From Octopus bimaculoides (taxonomy: Eukaryota), in the NCBI RefSeq assembly GCF_001194135.2, contig NC_068984.1, positions 123,114,700 to 123,178,699 of the forward strand: DNA of 64,000 nucleotides, in the 5' to 3' direction. Numbering within the stretch: the stretch's first letter is position 1; each line of letters starts with the position of its first letter. A program made the position numbers and the translations under genes. Below the pieces are notes generated by a model that was given only the letters and a program-made list of their open reading frames with translations, was not told the DNA's origin and did no database searches. This document shows positions 1 to 10,342 of this stretch, in pieces.

Positions 1-261
1 CTTTTTACATACCGACTCAATACAAATGTAGAGTATTCTTTAGTACATTATAACTGAAAGGCTCTGACTTTCAATATTCAGATTTTCTGGTTTCCGGTCA
101 TCAAGCATTACCTTCAGACTTCCATTAATTATTTCATAAAATATTTAGACAGTGGCTATTAAGAAAACAATAATTACAGTAAAATCAGTATTCTATGTTT
201 GAAGAGAAGTAGAAATGACTTATCAGAAAAAAAACAGTGCAGAAAGAACAGAGCTCAAAGA

Positions 262-3200
262 AGTCATGTTATGTTGCCTATGTTAGTGCCTGCTGCCTCG
301 AAGATGCAAGGTGGAGAGGAGGTTCCGCTAAGTTCCTGACAGGCAAAGAACACAGGTACAAGATTTTCTAGGCAAGGAACACAGACAGGGTTGGGGGCAT
401 TGATATACTTCTTGCGGAGAAATGGGTGGATAAGGTAATCGAAGTAGTCAAAGTATGCAATAGAATACTTAAGATTAGATTAGTGCTTCATCATGGGTTA
501 GCAACCATTATCTTGGCCTATGCCCCTCAGCTGGGGCTACCCAATGGACAGAAAAACCGATTTTATGACACCCTCTAGCAGACTACCTTATTGACAGGGA
601 CCTTCTCTTTGTGGCTGGTGACTTCAATGGACATGTTGGACAACATACAGGGGGCTTCCATGGCGTACATGGAGGCTATGGTTTTGGTTCCTGCAATGAG
701 GAGGGAACCAGTCTGCTGGAGTTCTGCAATGCAAATGATCTTATGGTTTGCAATACTACCTTCCGGAAACCTGCCAGACACTCTAGCCAAATTGACTACA
801 TCCTCGCCAGAAAAAGGGAAAGATGGCTGCTTATAAATGCCAAAACCTTCCCAGGCGAAGAATGTACCCCACAACATAGAGTGGTAGTTAGTGACTTCAG
901 GATCAGGGCTAAGTGGACGACCAGCATGGAGGAAAAAGGTCTGGAAGCTTAAAGATCCTGCGAATAGACAGATATTTAGAGACATACTAGCAGAAATACC
1001 CGGGTTAAAGAGAATAATGAAATCTAAAAACGCTGTCTAGACTACGCAACCCTCAACTGTTAGTAGCTACGATACCATATTTCTACATTAATAACTCTCC
1101 AATCCATGCCAGCATGAAACATAGACATTAAGTGGAATGCCAGTCTCTCATCTAGAAAGGCCTTGAAATCAATGTTACCAACTGGGGACTATGTGTGTTG
1201 CAGTGATAATAAAAAGACTCAAAGGAGGTCTGCAGCGAAATAATTTTACTCAACACTTTGCAAGTGAATCAGTGGAGGCAAAGATGCGTCTCATTTACTT
1301 GACAATTTATGCACCACATTGCAGAAATCACAATGTAAGTATATCTGAAAGGGTAGTNNNNNNNNNNNNNNNNNNNNNNNNNNNNNNNNNNNNNNNNNNN
1401 NNNNNNNNNNNNNNNNNNNNNNNNNNNNNNNNNNNNNNNNNNNNNNNNNNNNNNNNNNNNNNNNNNNNNNNNNNNNNNNNNNNNNNNNNNNNNNNNNNNN
1501 NNNNNNNNNNNNNNNNNNNNNNNNNNNNNNNNNNNNNNNNNNNNNNNNNNNNNNNNNNNNNNNNNNNNNNNNNNNNNNNNNNNNNNNNNNNNNNNNNNNN
1601 NNNNNNNNNNNNNNNNNNNNNNNNNNNNNNNNNNNNNNNNNNNNNNNNNNNNNNNNNNNNNNNNNNNNNNNNNNNNNNNNNNNNNNNNNNNNNNNNNNNN
1701 NNNNNNNNNNNNNNNNNNNNNNNNNNNNNNTGTCATTGTTTCAGTTAGTGGAATAACGTGTACATCTATATGTATACATATACATCTCTCTCTCTCTCTC
1801 TGAAAGTATCTGTCATTACAGTATCGAAATGTGATTGTTTCAGTTAGTAGAATAGTTTCAATTTTAAAGTGAAAGTATTTGACACGAGTGTTTTTGTTTC
1901 ACTTTTGACACATAATACTTAAATAGTGGAGGAGATATTATGTTGCCGTGGGCTCGAACTCTGCAAGAAGTTAAAATATTTTTTTGACTAAAACACAAAT
2001 GGAACCCTAAGTAAGGCATCTGTAAAATTTGAATGAAATTGGCTGCGTAGTTCTCGAGTTTTAGGGATTCACACACACATTCTCATTTTTATATATATAG
2101 ATTACTCGAAGCCTTTGACGAAATAGGAGATATAGCTTCACACGATGTAGGAGACAGCTGGGGGTTTCTACGGGACAAGCTGCTGAGGGCCACTGACCAG
2201 ATCTGTGGATGGCACAAAGTCCCCTCTCAACCCAAAATAACATGGTTGGGGAACAATGTGGTTGACAGGGCTATGAGAGAAAAGAAACAGATTTGGAAGG
2301 ACTGGAAGAACGGCGGTAGAAGGGAATTGTATCAGACTGCCAGAAAGGAAGCTAGGAGACAGGTTTATTTAGCCAGAAGGGAAGCAGATAAGAAAAAATT
2401 TGTCAATGTTCTGCGCTGTGAGGTGTTTCATGTTGCAAGACTGTGAGAGAGAATCATGATGTAGTAGGAAAGAAATGTGTCCGCATGGTTGATCGTTCAC
2501 TAAACGAGGCTGCAAAGAGAAGGGTTTGGAGATGCCACTATGAAAGGTTGCTCAATAAAGAAAATGAATGGGAGAAAGAGTCTGCCGAATGTCGACCCAA
2601 CAGAGGGACCAGCTATCAGAGTTGACATTACCTTAGTAGATAAAGCAATCAAGAGGTATGAAGACAGGGAAAGCCCCCGGCCCATCAAGAATCACTGCAG
2701 AGATGCTCAAAATATCTGGCAGTGTCAGCTATAGCCTAGTTACCCGTATAGTTAACCAGGTGATACACGAAGGAGTCATACCCAATGACTAGTAGAGCAG
2801 CACCATAGTCAGCTGCTACAAAGGTGAAGGTGACACTTTAGATACAAATAATTACAGAGGTATCAAGTTGTTGGATCAGGTAATGAAGGTCACAGCCCAA
2901 CTAATTAGGGAGAGAGTCAGTTTAGATGCGGTGCAGTTTGGGTTTGTGCCAGGGAAAAACACCACTGATGATATATTTCTGGTAAGACAGATGCAGGAGA
3001 AATACCTAGCCAAAAATAAACCTGTTTACCTGGCTTTCATTGACATGGAGAAAGCCTTGACAGGGTCCCCAATCCCTTGAGGAAACTAGGGATAGATGAA
3101 TGGTTAGTGAGAACTGTGCAAGCCATGTACAGGGACACTGTCAGTTAAGTGAGGGTTCGCAACAAGTACAGTGAAGAATTCCGGGTAGAGGTAGGGGGTC

Positions 3201-3565
3201 CACCAAGGTTCAGTCCTCAGCCCCCACCTATTTATCAATAGTCCTGCAGGCAATAACAGGAGTTCAAGACAGGATACTCCTGGGAGCTCCTCTATGCTGA
3301 TGACCTTGCTCTAATTGCTAAGTCACTATCAGAACTAGAGAAGTTTCAGGTGTGGAAGCAAGGATTAGAATCAAAGGGTCTTAGAGTTAACCTAGCTAAA
3401 ACCAAAGTCCTCAGTAGGAAGGTAGACAAACCACAAACCCCCTTCAGATAGATGGCCCTGCTCGATCTGTAGAAAAGTCATAGGTAGAAACTCTATAAGA
3501 TGTACCCAGTGTAAGCTATGGACACATAAGAGGTGCAGCAACATCAAAGGAAGGCTAACTAAACT
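262..3565 (+). mobile_element. Decayed RTE-clade LINE (AP endonuclease + reverse transcriptase), interrupted by a Helitron at 987-2101
   Basis: The frameshifted frames give APE motifs (AYAPQ, AGDFNGHVG, SQIDYIL, QHRVVVSDF) and RT motifs (QFGFVPGK-TTD, LAFIDMEKA, HQGSVLSP-LF, YADD at ~3292-3303, GLRVNLAKTK). It contains many stops. Ends are approximate. Confidence 0.92.
987..2101 (-). mobile_element. Non-autonomous Helitron-like element (spans gap 1358-1730)
   Basis: On the minus strand it starts TC (TCTATATATATAAAAATGAG) and ends CTAG (ACCCGGGTATTTCTGCTAG). It is inserted between A and T with no TSD. Removing it restores the LINE frame I-F-R-D-I-L-L-E-A-F-D-E-I. Confidence 0.75.
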
Positions 3566-5121
3566 CTGCTTGCGAAAACCTGTTAAGGCAAGTGAAATCG
3601 AAATCAAACCAAATTCGACGACTGGTACCTGTGCCAGTGGAGCGCTAGGAGGACCATCCAAGCATGATCATTGCCAGAGGAGCTGTCTGGCTTCCGTGCT
3701 GGTGGCACATAAAGAGCACCATTTGAGTATGTGGGACTTTCTATACTTTGACAATTTTCATATCTTAGCATCCTAAGAAGCAATAGTTTCCCCAAAAGAA
3801 CTAGCTATTGCAACCAAAATTAAATATTGAAGAAAACACATTTGGCCAAATTTGGACATACAATAATCTAACATAATGAGATTAATTAATATATATATAC
3901 ACACACACCTCTAGGCACAATGCCCAAAATTTTGGGGAGGGGGCATCGATTAGATCGACTCCATACACAACTGGTACTTAAGGATGAAATACCACTCAGT
4001 ATTTCGCCCGGCCTGCTAACGTTTCTGCCAGCACACTGCCTCGATATATGTACATACATATTACAAGTGCACATATCTTTGTATTTCCTTGCCTTGACAT
4101 TGCAGGATAGTTGTAAACAAATGTCACCATCATACAAGGAGTGTCATTTGTTTCCAAACATTACCTTGCATAGAAACAAATGAAAATTGGCAACTGGAAA
4201 GGTATCAAGGCATTGAAGATCTGCCTTTACAAATTTCATTTGAACCATGAAAGAGCAAACATTAAAATAATCTAAAAATGCATCTTCCAGTATCAGATCA
4301 TCACATTTAACTGCTTCACCTAACATGCAAATAAAGCAAATGATTTTTTCCCCCAGGAAAATAGGTTTTCCAACTTTATATTCACATATTGCTGGAATAG
4401 TCTGCTTTTGGGGTTTTTCACTGAATGCTGTCCCCACACCATACTGATACAGAGTTATGCACCTTAGCACTCGTCCAATTAGCTTAATCTCTGTTAGATG
4501 TTCTTCCTAACACAAGGGTACTGGGTGCATTCTGAACGGCACTAGCATTAGTGTCTAACCAGTAAGATTTCCCATGTCCCGTTGAATACAATGCACATCC
4601 CCACTCCTCGAGGATTTCTACAATCCTTGACTTAAGTTACAATTTCCACCTTTGAACTACTACCAATAATTGCTGACTAGTCAAATGTTAGTTCTGGTGT
4701 GTTTCAGAATGAAGTTTTAACCCTTTTTATACCAAGCTGCCCACATATCTACAATACAAACTTCCTATTTGAAAGTGAACTAAAAATCCTCCATAAAAAT
4801 TATTATCAACATAAGCTAAGTCAACAAATAAAGTGAGGTCTTACAGTAGTTTAAGTATTTGGCTACTGCCTTTAATGTGCTACTAACTTACCGCACACAT
4901 CTATTCATAACTAGATCAAAATTCTGTTAAGTGTCACTACAACAGTAGTAATATCTTCAACACCACACTTGCTAATAATCTCTTGTACTTTTTCAAAATG
5001 AATTAGATTAGACTCAAACTTCCAATTTTAACCGTGCCCTACGCTGGAGTTGGCTCCAAGCTTATCTAAACACAATACAGACAAAAACTCAAAACTACAA
5101 CACCAGTTTAAATATACATAG

Positions 5122-5127
5122 TTTATT
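5122..5127 (-). promoter_or_regulatory. Polyadenylation signal of RPS27A
   Basis: AATAAA on the minus strand, 15 nt after the TAA stop (5143-5145). Confidence 0.75.
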
Positions 5128-5142
5128 CCCACTGTTTACAAT

Positions 5143-5295
5143 TTACTGCCTCTCCTCTGGCTTATTGAAGACATATGTTAGATAGCATTTGCCGCAATAA
5201 TGCCTATCAAAGTGTGAGGCCATAAACACACCAGCTCCACATTCCTCATTGGGACACTCACGACGCAGACGAGTGATTTTACCATTTTCATCAAC
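5143..5295 (-). CDS. RPS27A: RPS27A last coding exon (C4 zinc-finger half of S27a)
   Basis: Follows a ttgcag acceptor. Encodes [50 protein letters not shown]. 153 nt, phase 0. It is absent from the ORF track. Confidence 0.98.
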   Translation of the reverse strand, partial: VDENGKITRLRRECPNEECGAGVFMASHFDRHYCGKCYLTYVFNKPEERQ

Positions 5296-5715
5296 CTGCA
5301 ACAAACAAAAACAATCCATCATTTGAACATTGTAGTGAAACTGGTGAAAAATACAAAAAGAAAAAAAAAAAAATTAGAACTATTTAGTACAAATCAGAGG
5401 CATTCAATTATGACAAATCTCTTGAACAATTTCAACAATTATTCCAGAATATGCCGTTATACAGCATGTAGGGTCTACACTCACAGAAAAAAGACAAATG
5501 TGAATTCTTGCAGTTGGTCATCAATTTACATCAACTTTCCATTCCAGACAGGCTGTAGAATAAGTTGATTCTCAGAGTTCTATGACTGCATGCCCTTTCT
5601 GACACCAATCATTTTGCAGCAAATACCAAGTCTCCATTTTATTGTCACCAGCACTAGCATACACAAAAGGCCTAATTAATTTCACTGAAAAGTCAACTCC
5701 AAATGTAAGTAGATG

Positions 5716-5760
<45 letters not shown>

Positions 5761-5796
5761 ACAATTGCTTGCAAGTTTCAATAAATACAGCTAAAT

Positions 5797-5871
5797 TGTC
5801 TGTGGATCAGAAACCATAAGTTTTAATCATTAATCAGGTGAAACACGGAAGAACATCATTTCCAACAGACA
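5797..5871 (-). ncRNA. Intronic box C/D snoRNA, copy 1 (28S rRNA guide, SNORD126-like)
   Basis: Terminal stem TGTCTGT/ACAGACA, box C ATGATGT (5853-5859), guide TTCCGTGTTTCAC, D' CTGA, C' ATGATTA, D CTGA (5807-5810). The guide is complementary to the conserved LSU rRNA sequence UGAAACACGGA. It is in the sense orientation of the RPS27A intron. Confidence 0.85.
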
Positions 5872-5897
5872 CTTGGTATCATGAATAGTTTAATACA

Positions 5898-6741
5898 TTA
5901 ACAGCCTTGGCCTGCTACTGGAACTCACCAGCAACACCACTTACTTTCAGTCACACTGCATACTGTTTAATTAAAAGGAAATGTAAACTTTTTTGAATTT
6001 TTACAATATTTCACAAGTAAACTTTTCCCTGTATAACAACTAAATCCACTGCAGCACCCAACTTCAAATTTTCCAAACTTTGATCCATTTTGTGGGCTTT
6101 CCTGGCATATACTGTTTGTTTACATTCTGCGGAAGTTTGCTTCCACAGTGATCGCTTCAAACAAGCATACTGAAAAAAAAAAATAATAAAATCTAACGGT
6201 TTCGCATCCTAAGAAAGACTATGGATAGACCCCCACCTCCTCAGAAAAATTGCTAATAAAAACCTTTTAAAGTTTTTACTTCATTCCGATGTAATATCGT
6301 CTTTGCTGTTGCTATCGCCACTTTCAGTTTCTTCAGAATCACTGCTTTCGGTTTGAAATACAGAAATATCCTATTCATTCTCATACACCACATGCTTTTG
6401 TACCGCACTCATTCTTTTTCTCGATATCTCCATATTTTCCGTTGAAAAACCTTTAAATTCGGAATCACTGCCTGATAGCATGAAACTCCTATCCATTTTC
6501 AAAGTTGGAAAAAAAAAAAAAAAAAAAAAAAATCACCTAAAATCCACCGAATTCAGATATCACGTCAAGCAATGTCGGATACTTATAACTCAACTAGTTA
6601 CAAAGTGAAATCACGTATTTTCACAAATATACAAACAAGATTTGTGCTTAAATTCACATTTAAATAACAATGGGTACTCTCGGCTGGCTTGGTCTTATGA
6701 ACAAAAAAATTTTCCTGCCAGGTTAGTATCGAAAGGGTTAA
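5898..6741 (-). mobile_element. Internally deleted piggyBac (PGBD-type) element
   Basis: TTAA-CCCTTTCGATAC end at 6741. Acidic N-terminus-like ORF start (MLSGSDSEFKGF). Transposase motif KQYMPGKPTKW-IKVW at ~6066-6128. The low-coordinate end is uncertain (TTAA at 5898). Confidence 0.7.
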
Positions 6742-6761
6742 AATATCAGTTATTCAAATAT

Positions 6762-6837
6762 GTCTGTGGATCAGAAACCATAAATATTAATCATTATTCA
6801 GGTGAAACACGGAAAAGAAACATCATTTCCAACAGAC
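6762..6837 (-). ncRNA. Intronic box C/D snoRNA, copy 2 (paralogue of 5797-5871)
   Basis: Stem GTCTGT/ACAGAC, box C ATGATGT (6820-6826), identical guide TTCCGTGTTTCAC-CTGA, C' ATGATTA, D CTGA (6771-6774). Differences from copy 1 fall outside the boxes and the D' guide. Confidence 0.85.
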
Positions 6838-7270
6838 TTCATAGCTACAATTTTCCATCCAGGCCAACATTAGCCTATTGATCAGATGGTTAACCCTATA
6901 ATAGATGTATCCAGCTTCTAACAATCATCAGAATTAGCCACACACAAAAAACAAAAAAACCTGCACATGGTGATTGTGGAAGCAACCATTCAAATGAGAA
7001 AAAGTTTACACTATTGAGAATAAGTTTTCTAAAAAAATTACCAAACAAAAAGGGAAGCTGTTACTTAGGTTATATAACCTACCATGAAAAATCAATTGAG
7101 ATATTTAAGATGAAAAAAATTCTAACTACAGTTGCTCTAACTGATCTGATCAAATAGTGGTACTGTAGGTCTGAGCATCATTGTAGCCAGTTAAAATATT
7201 TTCAATTAACAGCCATTTATCTATAAGTTTTGTTTACTTTTTAAAATAAATGAAGCAAGTTGTGTATGTA

Positions 7271-7314
7271 TTAGAAACCATTAATCAAGTGAAACACTGG
7301 AAACATCTAACAGC
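7271..7314 (-). pseudogene. Decayed third copy of the same snoRNA
   Basis: Minus strand reads CTGTTAGATGTTTCCAGTGTTTCACTTGATTAATGGTTTCTAA. The guide is recognisable, the boxes are mutated, there is an internal deletion, and the upstream flank resembles that of copy 2. Confidence 0.6.
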
Positions 7315-8423
7315 ATCCTGGGATTATTGGCAACTACATTTGCCCAAATTAACCTCCTGCCTATTGCAAACTTCAAATATAAACAGCCAAAGTCTTAAGA
7401 TCTGAAGTATTGAATATTTACTTCCCATAAGCACTTGGTTCTTAGCTTCTAATTTTGGATTTTACCTTGTGAATAAAACATAAGAACTATAACCAGTGAA
7501 TCAATGTTTAATTACACTAGACCTGCATATTCTATAGCAAAATTGGAACTCTTCAAACTCTGCATACCACAAATTGCTAATTGTAAAAGGTTCAATAAAT
7601 CTAGATTGCAACTAAACGTGAAAGGTACAAAGAACATGGCTGGGAGATAGATTACAAGGAGACATCTTTCAGTGGGGCAGCCTGTCAATTGATGTGGTAA
7701 CCACTATTTATTAGATATAATACATTGAGTACTTTCATTATCACGAGAGAAACTTTTTTAAATTCACCATGAAAATTAGCTGGCACCAGTCATGAAGAAT
7801 ATAACATTTCCTTAGAAAATACAGAGGTTTAATAAAGGATTTGATGCAAAGAATTAAATGTAGCATAATTATTCACTTTGGCAAACCCAGAACAGCCACA
7901 GCCAGATGGGAAAGTTAAAATGACAATTGTAAAATGCTTTCTGATTGGGCTATACAAGAAACGTTCAAGGCAAATATTTAATAAATGTTATTACAACATC
8001 AATAGCCCCCAAAAGACAGCTCACGGGGATAATAAAATGCAATTATTTGCAAAAATTTTAATCAATATTCTGGTGAAGCACCTATCGTCTTAAAGGTTAA
8101 GGGATACTAATACAAAACATACCCAGAAGAAGACTTAGGTACAACCCACCTTTGGTTCCATTTAACTAAATTCTAGACTGTTCTGAATGCCTGCTTTCCA
8201 TGCTGGCATGGGTTGGACAGTTTGACATGGAGCTGTCCAGACACCACCTGCCTGATGTAGCATCGTTTCTACAAGTGGACACCCTTTCAAACACCTCTAA
8301 TTTGGAGGTTTTTCTAGCAAAGATCACTACTGCAACCATTCAGATAGGACTTGTTTTTCGCCAGAAACATATTTGAAGAGATAACATTCAAGTTAGTCAA
8401 AGTTATATATGAACAATTTGCTA

Positions 8424-8762
<339 letters not shown>

Positions 8763-8777
8763 TCATTAAATACTTAC

Positions 8778-8832
8778 CCTCCTTATCTTGAATTTTTGCC
8801 TTGACATTTTCGATAGTATCACTGGGTTCGAC
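8778..8832 (-). CDS. RPS27A: RPS27A coding exon 2
   Basis: tatag acceptor and gtaag donor, 55 nt. Encodes VEPSDTIENVKAKIQDKE(G), with phase matching the next exon. Confidence 0.98.
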
Positions 8833-9590
8833 CTATAATGAAAAACATTTTTTAACAATGATTACCATAGCAATAATTTCTTACTTTATCAGATTAACAA
8901 TTTCCTTTTATTGTTTGACATTTAACACTGTCAATCTGAACGTAGATGTAACTTAGAATAAGCATAAAATTTTTGTTAGTTCAACAGACCACCACACTTC
9001 TGAATGTACCATAACCATGTCTAAAATGACTTTTCAGCTATACAAATTTGTACCAATAGATAATCTATTATGTATTTTTTTAAAAATTGAAACTGAATTA
9101 CTGAGAATTGTAATGAAGCAAGCTGAAATAACAGTGAGGCATGTAAAACAGAAATTTGAAATTTTTGTATCTAATTTGTACACTTGAAACTTAAAATAAT
9201 TAGTAAATGTGTATATTTAGATATTGTAACTGTTATAAACAGCACACCAAGGTTGACCAGCTTTAGTTACAAAACTTGAGGTTAGTTATACACATCTAGT
9301 TCAATTTTGACATTTAAAAACTATCTTAGACAAAATTTATGCTGAAAGCTGAGAGCATTGTGCAAACAGGGACATTACACATTTGATTTCTTTATAAGAC
9401 CTAGATTTGCGTAACAAATTATGTAAGGTGACAAAATTACACACAAATATTTTGGATTTCTGTACTTTGAACATCGGCTACTAAGCTGATGACAAGAGAA
9501 ATAGACTCCTCCACTTGCTACAAGTCCAAGTACCACATTAACCAAACAACTATGCAAACCTTTATTGCTGTTTAAATTTTGATAACTTAC

Positions 9591-9638
9591 CTCAAGTGTG
9601 ATGGTCTTGCCAGTAAGGGTTTTTACGAAGATCTGCAT
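9591..9638 (-). CDS. RPS27A: RPS27A first coding exon (exon spans 9591-9650 including 12 nt UTR)
   Basis: ATG at 9638 gives MQIFVKTLTGKTITLE, followed by a gtaag donor. A ttttgcag acceptor ends at 9651. The spliced CDS is 48+55+218+153=474 nt, or 157 aa. Confidence 0.98.
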
Positions 9639-9807
9639 GTTTAGCAGCCACTGCAAAATAAAAACGTTTTAAAATGTAAGTGAGCTAAACCTACAAGTGC
9701 AATAAACAACAGCAACAACCTAAAATGGGTATGTGAACAAAAAGTGCAACAGGTTAGCAAAACCATGTGGTGTGTACATTGCTTTTAAACCACCACAGAA
9801 AAAGATT

Positions 9808-10006
9808 TTAACCCCCTTTGGCATTTAAACCATTTATATTCATCCCAAATATTTTGCCTGTTTTATGATCAAACCAATCAGATCTGGCTTCTTACACCTA
9901 CCTTACAATCACTCAATTTAAATCTCAAAGCTACAAGATAATGCAAGATTAATTCAAAACAATGTAAATAAGCATTACATTTGGCAACCTGAATGCAAAA
10001 GGGTTA
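9808..10006. mobile_element. piggyBac-like MITE family A copy
   Basis: TTAA-CCC...GGG-TTA ends. Similar copies at 21910-22135, 31870-32062, 40504-40729, 55904-56135 and 57778-58006. Confidence 0.75.
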
Positions 10007-10272
10007 TATATATATATAAAATCCTGTAGTATTTCTGATGCAAGGAAGTCCAGTTTAAAGGATTTTATTACTAAATTTTAGGTATTCAACATTACTTAAC
10101 TCTTCTCTACAGATTTGCTTTTGCTGGTCCTACAATGCAATGTCCCCATATATATGGAACACCATTTTATCAAGACATTTACACAGACTAAGATTGAAAA
10201 CTAGTAAATATCAACTGCTACAAAAATTGATAGCTAAAACCTAACAATGTAATAAATAAAAGTAGGAAAATC

Positions 10273-10342
10273 ATTGCTCAGAACATTTAACTTAATACAA
10301 ATCACAGATTTCAGAAGTGTCCCAAGTGGTCATCACAGCAAT
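10273..10342 (-). ncRNA. Intronic box C/D snoRNA in RPS27A intron 1 (target not identified)
   Basis: Perfect 6-bp terminal stem ATTGCT/AGCAAT, box C GTGATGA (10330-10336), 15-nt CCACTTGGGACACTT, D' CTGA, C' GTGATTT, D CTGA (10278-10281). 70 nt, in the sense orientation of a ribosomal-protein host. Confidence 0.8.

Noticed and set aside
1191-1748. ORFs with long X runs (also 20424-20920, 27517-28165, 43299-43484)
   Set aside because: Artefacts of translation through N-gaps.
9355-9535. Possible H/ACA snoRNA in RPS27A intron 2 (stem GTACTTGGAC/GTTCAAAGTAC followed by ACAGAA)
   Set aside because: The second hairpin is unconvincing and no pseudouridylation target was found. It needs snoGPS or cmscan.
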